Below, in pieces: positions 9,025 through 16,124 of a stretch of DNA of 64,000 nt (position 1 is the stretch's first letter; each line of letters starts with the position of its first letter). Location: the NCBI GenBank assembly GCA_041596615.1, contig JBFHIG010000006.1, positions 145 through 64,144 of the forward strand, in the 5' to 3' direction. Below the pieces are notes generated by a model. It was not told where the DNA came from and did no database searches. It worked only from the letters and a program-made list of their open reading frames with translations. The position numbers and the translations under genes were made by a program. The stretch is from Candidatus Moraniibacteriota bacterium (GTDB taxonomy: Bacteria; Patescibacteriota; Minisyncoccia; Moranbacterales; DUUL01).

Positions 9025-9739
9025 TTTCTTTCACTTTCCAAACAAAAGCATATTGCGTGGATTAGATGCTAAAGCACAGATTGTTTTTATGTGGTTATCC
9101 TCTTATGCAGATGAGGACGGTGTTTGTTTTCCTTCAAGAAGGACATTAGCAAATGACACAGGAATAAAATCATCAAGGACAATTGATAAAGCTATTAAGG
9201 TATTGGAAGAAATTGGACTTATAACAAAAGAAAATAGATTTAAAGAAAAAGAACAAAAGTCAAATTTATATCAAATTAATAATCTAGGAGGTAGTGCAAA
9301 AATTGCTCAGGGGGGTAGAGCAAAAATTGCTCCACCCAGAGCAAAAATTGCTCAGGGGGTAGAGCAAAAATTGCTCACAGAACTCAATCCAATTGAACTC
9401 ACTTCACTTAAGAGAGGGGACTCACCTAAAAATTACTTAGAAAAAATACCAAACGAGGACTTAGAAGCATGGGTTAAAAAATATAGGTGTAGTAGAAAAC
9501 AAATTCAAACACTAGCTACAAAATTAAAATTAGGATTAGTTAGTAAAGGGATTAACAAAAATGATTATAAAGCTTATCTGTTATCTAAAATTATAGAAGA
9601 TTTTCCAGAAAGAGAGATTAAAAATAATCTATTACCAAAAATCAAAAAGGAGGAACGAACACCAGAACAACAAAGAAAAATAGACAACATGTTGGAAGAA
9701 ATAAGAAAAAAACAAAGGTTTAAAAAACATGGAAACTAA
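9002..9739 (+). CDS. phage replication initiator-like winged-helix protein
   Basis: FPSRRTLANDTGIKSSRTIDKAIKVLEEIGLI is a typical wHTH of phage/plasmid replication-initiation (DnaD/RepO-like) proteins. The gene contains four iteron-like repeats. Confidence 0.6.
   Translation: MQKYKKGDFFHFPNKSILRGLDAKAQIVFMWLSSYADEDGVCFPSRRTLANDTGIKSSRTIDKAIKVLEEIGLITKENRFKEKEQKSNLYQINNLGGSAKIAQGGRAKIAPPRAKIAQGVEQKLLTELNPIELTSLKRGDSPKNYLEKIPNEDLEAWVKKYRCSRKQIQTLATKLKLGLVSKGINKNDYKAYLLSKIIEDFPEREIKNNLLPKIKKEERTPEQQRKIDNMLEEIRKKQRFKKHGN
9296..9376 (+). repeat. four iteron-like repeats GCAAAAATTGCTC inside the initiator gene (candidate phage origin)
   Basis: Copies at 9296-9308, 9320-9332, 9341-9353 and 9364-9376, spaced 24/21/23 bp. 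Copies 2-4 are small inverted repeats (GAGCAA-AAA-TTGCTC); copy 1 has a shorter arm (GTGCAA-AAA-TTGCTC). Confidence 0.6.
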
Positions 9740-9905
9740 AGAATTTAAACAGATAAAAAGCGAGTGGAGGGAAGGGAAAATTAGTTTTAAAGAATTTTTA
9801 GAGAAATGGGAAAAACTTAGAAACATAAAACCTCCAAAGCAAAAAGAACTGTTCAAAATGCGCTCACCTGAAAAAGCTAAACAAAACAAAGCCTATAAAT
9901 ATTAA
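9729..9905 (+). CDS. small phage protein, unknown function (below the ORF-track length cutoff)
   Basis: 58-aa ORF METKEFKQIK... read by hand. It overlaps the end of the initiator gene. Confidence 0.35.
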   Translation: METKEFKQIKSEWREGKISFKEFLEKWEKLRNIKPPKQKELFKMRSPEKAKQNKAYKY

Positions 9906-9914
9906 AAAACAAAA

Positions 9915-10271
9915 ATGAAGAGATTTACTATTGAAGAAGCAGCTGTTTGGTCAATCGATGATTATTATTCTGAGATTGGTGGACCAGAAAGAATAGATTT
10001 GGCAGGCAAGTGGATTTATGAGATGAGAAAATTCGTCGCTAAAAATAAGATTACAGGAAAGGTTGATTTAGTGATTATTGTAAACTCTCACAAACCAATA
10101 AATCCTTTGAATAATGCGGCTTTGAAATATATTTACATAGGCATTAATCAAGAGTTAAGTCCTGAAAAACCAGATGCAATCAAGGAGGTTAGAATAAAAA
10201 ATTTCTTGGTTCCTAGATCACAAAATCAGACGATTGAAATTTTAATATACGAGGATTCAGATAAAGATTAA
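9915..10271 (+). CDS. hypothetical phage protein
   Basis: 118-aa ORF in the co-oriented early block. No recognisable motif. Confidence 0.5.
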   Translation: MKRFTIEEAAVWSIDDYYSEIGGPERIDLAGKWIYEMRKFVAKNKITGKVDLVIIVNSHKPINPLNNAALKYIYIGINQELSPEKPDAIKEVRIKNFLVPRSQNQTIEILIYEDSDKD

Positions 10272-10291
10272 AAAATAATTTAAAGAAAATA

Positions 10292-10570
10292 ATGTTTAAA
10301 AAGCCGAAAAGAACAATCCACCTACAACTGAAAACTAAAAAATTTAAGCCAGTAATTGATCCTAGAATAAAATATAATGTTCTACCTGGGACAGTGAGAC
10401 TTGAAAAGGAAGAGACAGAATCAATCAGATTAGTTGATTATAAAGGATTGCAACAGAAAGAAGCTGCTAAAAAGATGAATACATCACAAAGCACAGTTCA
10501 AAGGATGCTTGCCAAGGGAAGAAAGAAAGTGGCCGATGCTTTGATAAATGCTAAGACAATCGAACTTTAA
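10292..10570 (+). CDS. small HTH DNA-binding protein (sigma-70 region-4-like / UPF0251-like)
   Basis: YKGLQQKEAAKKMNTSQSTVQRMLAKGRKKVADAL is a classic HTH with a following basic helix. Confidence 0.55.
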   Translation: MFKKPKRTIHLQLKTKKFKPVIDPRIKYNVLPGTVRLEKEETESIRLVDYKGLQQKEAAKKMNTSQSTVQRMLAKGRKKVADALINAKTIEL

Positions 10571-10786
10571 AATATTGGGAGGCGAAAGCGCAGTTGAATG
10601 TATCGGGGCTAGGGGTGTTGATATATTTAATCGGGTGTATTCCACCAACGCCTCCGGCTAACAAAAACATTGATATAAACTTGGAAACTATCCCAAAACA
10701 AATAAAGTCAAAACAAACACTTCAGCCGGGTGTGCTTACATGCCCCATGAGTTCTTTATTAATTAATTTTTTAAATAAACAAAAAG

Positions 10787-11170
10787 GTGAAAGAAATTCA
10801 AGAAATCTTCAATGAATTAAAAGAAGCAAAAAAAGAGCAAAGAGAAATCCGTGCGGAGTACAAAGATGCTTTATTACAGAATCAAGAATACCAGGAGTTA
10901 ATTGAAAAACTTGATGAATTAAAGTTGAGAAAGAAAGAATTGGAAACAATCACTCAATCACAAATGGGAAGTCGTTGGGATAGGGTTGATGATCTTAAAA
11001 TGACAATCGCAGATCTAAAACAAATTCAAAGTGATATTGCCATGACAACTTTAATGGATGGAAAACCAATCGAAGTTGTTGACGAATATAACAATCTTTA
11101 TGAACCAAATTTTTCAGTTAGATTTACAAAAACTGGAGCTAAATCTTTTGAGGAAGAAAATAAACGATAA
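10787..11170 (+). CDS. hypothetical coiled-coil phage protein
   Basis: 127-aa ORF with a heptad-rich N-terminal half. The start is uncertain (GTG at 10787 or ATG at 10812). Confidence 0.45.
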   Translation: MKEIQEIFNELKEAKKEQREIRAEYKDALLQNQEYQELIEKLDELKLRKKELETITQSQMGSRWDRVDDLKMTIADLKQIQSDIAMTTLMDGKPIEVVDEYNNLYEPNFSVRFTKTGAKSFEEENKR

Positions 11171-11194
11171 ATTAACTTATTAAAGGAGGCAAAA

Positions 11195-11374
11195 ATGAAC
11201 AGGTCAAGGTTTAACGCAACCCAAAAGACTAAGAAATTTGTTAAAAAATCAACAACATTCATCTGCCTCTGTGGTAATAGAGCAAACTCAAATGTATTTC
11301 TAGGAGTATCAACAAAACAATTTGAGTCCTGTCCAAAGTGTAATATGCAAAAAGTGCATAATGCAAAAGATTAA
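11195..11374 (+). CDS. small zinc-ribbon protein (below the ORF-track cutoff)
   Basis: 59-aa ORF read by hand, with a strong SD (AAAGGAGG, 7 nt upstream) and C-x-C ... C-x2-C (ICLCG...CPKC). A TGGGGCA/TGCCCCA hairpin follows at 11385-11408. Confidence 0.5.
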   Translation: MNRSRFNATQKTKKFVKKSTTFICLCGNRANSNVFLGVSTKQFESCPKCNMQKVHNAKD

Positions 11375-11425
11375 TTAATCTCATGGGGCAATCAATAAGA
11401 TGCCCCACCAATAAAAACAAGTAAA

Positions 11426-11629
11426 ATGGAAAAAATAAAAAAGGATATAATCCTATGTTTAGTAACTATTGTTGTTAGCATATGCTTACTGATATTAGGA
11501 GTAAAAATTGGATTAAGGATGAATTCTTCAGCTCATAATTTGGTGATTAACGGTGTTACTTATGAATATTATCAATCTCAAATAGACACCACAGGTGAGT
11601 TTGTAGTTTCATTGTTTGTTAAAAAATAA
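11426..11629 (+). CDS. small membrane protein
   Basis: 67 aa with one N-terminal TM helix. Confidence 0.4.
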   Translation: MEKIKKDIILCLVTIVVSICLLILGVKIGLRMNSSAHNLVINGVTYEYYQSQIDTTGEFVVSLFVKK

Positions 11630-11665
11630 TCAATTTCAACATAATTAATTTTAAATAACAAAAAA

Positions 11666-11896
11666 ATGTCAGAAGAATTTAATTTCAGTGAAGCATTAGT
11701 ACATTTAAAAAATGGTAGATCACTTTCGAGGAGCGGATGGAACGGCAAAAATCAATTCATTAAAGCTCAATTCCCAGATGAGAATTCAAAAATGAATTTG
11801 CCTTATATCTACATCTCAAATGTAGATAGTAAATTGGTTCCATGGATAGCAAGCCAAGGAGACATATTTGCTGAAGATTGGTTTGTAATTGAATAG
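11666..11896 (+). CDS. DUF2829-family protein (Tad2-like candidate signalling-nucleotide sponge)
   Basis: FSEALVHLKNGRSLSRSGWNGK ... PDENSKMNLPYIYI ... LVPWIASQGDIFAEDWFVIE follows the DUF2829 pattern (F-x-EAL-x2-LK-x-G, R-x-GW, PW-x-x-SQ-x-D-x-x-AEDW) end to end. Confidence 0.7.
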   Translation: MSEEFNFSEALVHLKNGRSLSRSGWNGKNQFIKAQFPDENSKMNLPYIYISNVDSKLVPWIASQGDIFAEDWFVIE

Positions 11897-11926
11897 TTTA
11901 ATTTAATTTTTAAAAGTAATAAAAAA

Positions 11927-12178
11927 ATGTCAGAAGGAATAACAACCGGAAGAATAATGACTTATGGTGAGGATGCTGTTGGTTTGAGCTTCAACCCAGG
12001 AGGAAATCCAAAAGTTGATAAAGTTAAAAAGCTATACGCTGAAATCATTGACCTTTTAAATGAAGAACGAAATTGTAATGAGTCAGACAGACATCCAGAA
12101 AAGAACAGGTTGCTATCAGTGGCTATCACTGAAGCCCAAACAGCTCAAATGTGGGCAGTTAAGGGAATCACAAAATAA
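11927..12178 (+). CDS. small helical phage protein; possibly N4 gp49 / Sf6 gp66 (Acb2-like) family
   Basis: The pattern SFNPGGNPKVDKVKKLYAEIIDLL ... LLSVAITEAQTAQMWAVKGITK matches my recollection of a very widespread small phage family. The family name is not certain without an HMM search. Confidence 0.35.
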   Translation: MSEGITTGRIMTYGEDAVGLSFNPGGNPKVDKVKKLYAEIIDLLNEERNCNESDRHPEKNRLLSVAITEAQTAQMWAVKGITK

Positions 12179-12204
12179 ATTTAATTAATTGAATAAAAAA
12201 AATT

Positions 12205-12552
12205 ATGAATGAAGAAGCATCAATTGAGTGTGAGTGTGATGGTCCTAGTCTGAGAGATTCATATAGACAAAATAAACAGCCAGGGTCAACTGGATGCACA
12301 AAGCAAACAGAGGGTTCAGTCGTTTCAATTCTATTGGAGGATTTAAACAGAGAAACTTCATCACTAAACAAAGATGTGACTAGATTGCATGATAGACTTT
12401 CACCAGTTATGAATGAATTTCCAAAAGAGGAACTCAATTCTAGTCTTACAAATAGTGATTCCCCTGTAGGAAGAGAATTAGTAGATAGAATAGCGGAAGT
12501 TAGGGAAGCAAGAAGAGAAATAGATTACATCATTTCTACACTAGAAATTTAG
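12205..12552 (+). CDS. hypothetical phage protein
   Basis: 115-aa ORF with no recognisable motif. Confidence 0.45.
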   Translation: MNEEASIECECDGPSLRDSYRQNKQPGSTGCTKQTEGSVVSILLEDLNRETSSLNKDVTRLHDRLSPVMNEFPKEELNSSLTNSDSPVGRELVDRIAEVREARREIDYIISTLEI

Positions 12553-12616
12553 TTTATTATTTCATCTCCACTCATTATGTGGGTGGGATTGAGTTAATAA
12601 GGTTCGTTCAAAATTT

Positions 12617-12804
12617 GTTAGTAGATAAAGGGGGTGGCGGAAAATAAGACGCATGAGGTTATAGCACCAGGACTTGCAAGACTGGTCGCCAGATAGTGTA
12701 TATATCTAGGTAAATTGTGGTAGTAAGGCTGGTAACCGAGCACCGTAAGGAAAACAAACCCACGTGCAAGAGTGAAAGTCTCTTGCTCCCCTTTATCTAC
12801 TAAC
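12617..12804 (+). ncRNA. candidate structured RNA / cis-regulatory leader (alternatively an inverted-repeat-bounded DNA segment)
   Basis: A perfect 17-bp closing stem (12617-12633 with 12788-12804) encloses 154 nt that is visibly GC-richer than its surroundings. Nested local helices: TGGCG/CGCCA 12635-12639/12687-12691, ACCAG/CTGGT 12666-12670/12682-12686, AGATA/TATCT 12691-12695/12703-12707, GTGG/CCAC 12717-12720/12760-12763, GCAAGAG/CTCTTGC 12766-12772/12780-12786. An SD and ATG follow 10-20 nt downstream. Confidence 0.45.
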
Positions 12805-12825
12805 AAAACCAAAAAGGAGGTAAAA

Positions 12826-13071
12826 ATGCGACAAGTGATCATCACCAACTGTTTGATCTGCAAGGGAAATTCTCTCAGCTGTTACGATTCAGAACGTGAA
12901 CCACGCAAACTGTATTGTAATAACTGCACACTCCCACGATGTCCAATCCCAACAGAAAACTTTTCATCTGGATTCTGTGATGAGCATTTTAATGGACAAC
13001 TCCAAAGGAAGATTATCGAACAAGGAAATGACTCGGAAAGAGTCAAACGCATCAAGGCAATGATGAGATAG
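12826..13071 (+). CDS. small Cys-rich (zinc-binding-like) phage protein
   Basis: 81 aa from the ATG at 12826, with a perfect SD (AAAGGAGG) upstream. It carries seven Cys plus His in C-x2-C-type spacing. The listed start at 12772 lies inside the structured element and is unlikely. Confidence 0.6.
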   Translation: MRQVIITNCLICKGNSLSCYDSEREPRKLYCNNCTLPRCPIPTENFSSGFCDEHFNGQLQRKIIEQGNDSERVKRIKAMMR

Positions 13072-13273
13072 CTAACACGCTATTAAAACCAATGAGGGGC
13101 GTAAAAAACCCCTCTCAAAAAATAATAATAAATTTAAAAGTAAAGATGAAAAAAATTATAAAGTATTTTATCTACAATAAGCAGGCTAGCGTAGTTCTTA
13201 ACATACTAACAATTTTAGTTACTATACTAAATTTATTTATTATCTTTTATATTTAATAGCTTTCAAATATAAA

Positions 13274-13900
13274 ATGGCAAAGTACACACGAAGAATAAAA
13301 ACATTTGGAGGACAGCAAGCGACGGTCCCACTCAAAAATAAAAAGGACGTAGAAAACATCCAGAATTATTTTTTGAGAAAAAGGGAGTTAGCAAAAACCA
13401 AAGCTAAAAGATATCAAGCTGATCGCAATTGGATGTTGTGTAAATTGGGATTTAATACAGCTTTCAGGGCAGAGGATTTATTGCAATTACGAGTTAAAGA
13501 TGTTGAAAACGGATATATCTCAATGAAAGAATTGAAGACAAAAAAAGCCCAAAATTACAAGATGCGAAAGGAACTAAAAGAAGAGGTGTTGGAATATAAA
13601 AAGAGAAATGGGCTGACGTCCTATGATTACATGTTTACAGGCCAGAAGAGCAAAACCATGGCCATCACAAGGCAACAAGCTGACACAATCCTTAGTGAAG
13701 CAAGAGAAGGGGTTAAATTGGGACAAAGATTTTCACTCCATTCAATGAGGAAAACTTATGGGTATCATTTTTATAAAAAAACTAAGAATATCCTAACTCT
13801 TCAGAGAATGTTTAATCATGATAGTCCGATAGTGACGACATTATATATCTGTTGGGGAAGTGATGATATGGATGTAGCAAGGAATGAAATATATCTATAA
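13274..13900 (+). CDS. small tyrosine recombinase (phage integrase family, catalytic domain only)
   Basis: Catalytic signature: AFRAEDL (Arg), ELKTKK (Lys), HSMRKTYGY (H-x-x-R), FNHDSPIVTTLYI (His ... Tyr). There is no N-terminal SAM-like/arm-binding domain. Confidence 0.75.
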   Translation: MAKYTRRIKTFGGQQATVPLKNKKDVENIQNYFLRKRELAKTKAKRYQADRNWMLCKLGFNTAFRAEDLLQLRVKDVENGYISMKELKTKKAQNYKMRKELKEEVLEYKKRNGLTSYDYMFTGQKSKTMAITRQQADTILSEAREGVKLGQRFSLHSMRKTYGYHFYKKTKNILTLQRMFNHDSPIVTTLYICWGSDDMDVARNEIYL

Positions 13901-14052
13901 TTTACGAGAATTAGAAAGTATGCAGATTTTTAAAAAAGAGAATTATCAAAATAATCTAAAAAGCCGATTGTATAGGGATTAAAAATCAAAGCAATCGGAA
14001 AATAAAAATCTTACAGTCTTAGGTGTTATGTAATATTAATTGATAAAAAATA

Positions 14053-14373
14053 ATGAACTTAGGAAAAAGAAAACAAGAGCAAAGAGAAAAAAAGGGAAAC
14101 TATAAAACTAGAACAAAAAATATTGATATAAATCAATTAAAGAGGTTAGGGGAAAAATACAAATTCGTTGTATCTGGTAAAGAGTTTAAGCACAACCAAC
14201 CACTGTTTGCGATAGTAAACCACGACAAAAAAATATCCACTATTTACTTTTTTATAAAATATCACAAGCAAGAATTTAATCTAAAATATTCCTGCAACAA
14301 CAAGGTGAAAAAAGGAGTAGAGTTAATTATGAGCAGTTTACCAATGCCAGATATAAATAAATTTATAAAATAA
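14053..14373 (+). CDS. hypothetical basic phage protein
   Basis: 106-aa ORF with a Lys-rich N-terminus. Confidence 0.45.
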   Translation: MNLGKRKQEQREKKGNYKTRTKNIDINQLKRLGEKYKFVVSGKEFKHNQPLFAIVNHDKKISTIYFFIKYHKQEFNLKYSCNNKVKKGVELIMSSLPMPDINKFIK

Positions 14374-14380
14374 TAAACCT

Positions 14381-14815
14381 ATGAAAACAAAATTAGAAGA
14401 ACTAAGAAAAGAAATAATTAAGAGTAATCCTGATATAGTAGAATTGAAATTGTTCGAATGTGAAGTTTATTGTGAGCAGTGTTGGGAAGATTCTAATGGT
14501 AATTACCACGATGAATATGGAATTATAATAAAAAATGACCTAAATGTTGATAAAGAAACTGGTTTAGAAATACAAATTGCTGGTGGTGGAAGAATTTTAT
14601 ATGGAGAGCCTACTGAAATCATAGGAAGAGATATAAATCTGGAAGATATTCTAAAATGCTACAAAGAAGTTTTTAGGAAAAATTATGGTGGAATATTTAG
14701 GACAGAAGCAAATTTACTGGAAGTATTATCAATTTGGGAACTAGGTAAACCTCTCCACGAGCAATCAGAAGCAACTATTAACGCACTGCATAATTTAATT
14801 TGTAATAGAAAGTGA
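14381..14815 (+). CDS. hypothetical phage protein
   Basis: 144-aa ORF with a C-x2-C pair near the N-terminus. No family recognised. Confidence 0.5.
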   Translation: MKTKLEELRKEIIKSNPDIVELKLFECEVYCEQCWEDSNGNYHDEYGIIIKNDLNVDKETGLEIQIAGGGRILYGEPTEIIGRDINLEDILKCYKEVFRKNYGGIFRTEANLLEVLSIWELGKPLHEQSEATINALHNLICNRK

Positions 14816-14921
14816 TGAAAGAGATAAATGATTATAAAATAACTAGATGGCTTAGAAATTCAGTTTATGGAGTAAGTGTGTTTATGATAATATTTATAAT
14901 TTACAACTTAATTAAATCAAG

Positions 14922-15185
14922 ATGAATATAACAGAAATAAGACTAAGCATTATAGAATCCCTTAATATATACGATAAACTTGTATATAAAAACAAAGAGG
15001 TTGCAAGAGCTGGACTATTATCACACATTGAAATACAATTTACCAAACTCTTAGACTCTATACCAGTTGAGGAGGAGGAGTTCAAACCACTTATAGCAGA
15101 TGATTATATCCATAAAGCAGTTGTTAAGGGGAAAAACATCGCTAAAAAAGAAGTTAAAAATAAGATAGAAGAATTAAAGAAATGA
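14922..15185 (+). CDS. hypothetical phage protein
   Basis: 87-aa ORF whose stop overlaps the next start (ATGA at 15182). Confidence 0.45.
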   Translation: MNITEIRLSIIESLNIYDKLVYKNKEVARAGLLSHIEIQFTKLLDSIPVEEEEFKPLIADDYIHKAVVKGKNIAKKEVKNKIEELKK

Positions 15186-15373
15186 CTATAGCCCAAGGAA
15201 TAATTGAAATAGAAAAACTGTTAGCAAGAGAAAGGACGGATGCAATTAATGAATTTAAAAATGATCATGCGAATCAAATAAAAAATTGCAAAATAGAAGA
15301 ACTAACCAAAACCTACCCATACAAAACAGTCAACGAAGCAATGGCAATGTGTGATTGTGATAAATGTAAATAA
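15182..15373 (+). CDS. hypothetical phage protein
   Basis: 63-aa ORF, translationally coupled to the upstream gene. Confidence 0.4.
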   Translation: MTIAQGIIEIEKLLARERTDAINEFKNDHANQIKNCKIEELTKTYPYKTVNEAMAMCDCDKCK

Positions 15374-15375
15374 AA

Positions 15376-15933
15376 ATGTCCAAGTCCATCACCAAAAACA
15401 AACAACCTAAAAAGAAATCACCCAAAAAAGGCGTTAATTTAATGGCGCTTAAAAAGAAAATTGCTGCTAAAAATATTCAAAAAAAATCAACTCAAAAGAA
15501 GTTAGATAAGAAGGCAAAAATTGGAAGGCCGAAGAAGAATATTAAAGGGCAGGTATTAGATCCACAAACTGGAAAATTTAGAACTGGAAGGCCAGCTTCA
15601 ATAAATGACAGTGTACTCTATAAACTTGCGGAAGCTTTTTCTTATGGATGTAGCGACAAAGAGGCTTGCGTTTTTGCTGGAATAACTCCGTCGACACTTT
15701 ATAACTATCAAGAAAAAAACCCAGAGTTTTTGGAGCAAAAAGAGTGTTTCAAAAATCTCCCAACATTTAAAGCAAGAAAAACAATAGTGGATACCCTAGA
15801 TAAAGACGTAGAAAACGCTAAATGGTGGATGAAAAAAAAGAGAGCAAAAGAATTTGGTGATGATCCATCTGCTGGCCTGGCAGTACAATTCAACAACTTC
15901 AATTCATCTAAATATTTTGAAAAAGCAGAATGA
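15376..15933 (+). CDS. terminase small subunit (HTH type)
   Basis: A basic N-terminus is followed by LAEAFSYGCSDKEACVFAGITPSTLYNYQEKNPEF, a typical TerS HTH. It lies directly upstream of the large terminase. Confidence 0.6.
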   Translation: MSKSITKNKQPKKKSPKKGVNLMALKKKIAAKNIQKKSTQKKLDKKAKIGRPKKNIKGQVLDPQTGKFRTGRPASINDSVLYKLAEAFSYGCSDKEACVFAGITPSTLYNYQEKNPEFLEQKECFKNLPTFKARKTIVDTLDKDVENAKWWMKKKRAKEFGDDPSAGLAVQFNNFNSSKYFEKAE

Positions 15934-16118
15934 AAGTAACAGTAACGAATAAAAACATAACAAAGATAATTAATAAAGCAAGAAAATCCCTCGGAAAGCT
16001 TGAGAGAGGAAATCCAGCCAAGTGTCAAATATGCGAGAAAGAAGGATATTTATTCATCTATGGAAACAAACAAAGATATCTTTGCATAAAACATTTAAAA
16101 TTAGAACTCAGAAAATAA
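15930..16118 (+). CDS. small phage protein (C-x2-C ... C-x2-H)
   Basis: 62-aa ORF overlapping TerS by 4 nt. Confidence 0.4.
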   Translation: MKVTVTNKNITKIINKARKSLGKLERGNPAKCQICEKEGYLFIYGNKQRYLCIKHLKLELRK

Positions 16119-16124
16119 CCAAAA

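Noticed and set aside
10594-10815. Listed 73-aa ORF, and likewise 12618..12863 on the minus strand
   Set aside because: Both lie entirely in the GC-rich structured intergenic islands. They have non-ATG or unsupported starts and no SD, and they overlap the real start of the next gene.
12617-13900. Retron (msr/msd with a1/a2 inverted repeats) or DGR template interpretation of the structured element
   Set aside because: No reverse transcriptase (no YxDD-type motif) is encoded anywhere in the window. The downstream genes are a Cys-rich ORF and a tyrosine recombinase. No template/variable repeat pair matching the tail-fibre gene was seen.
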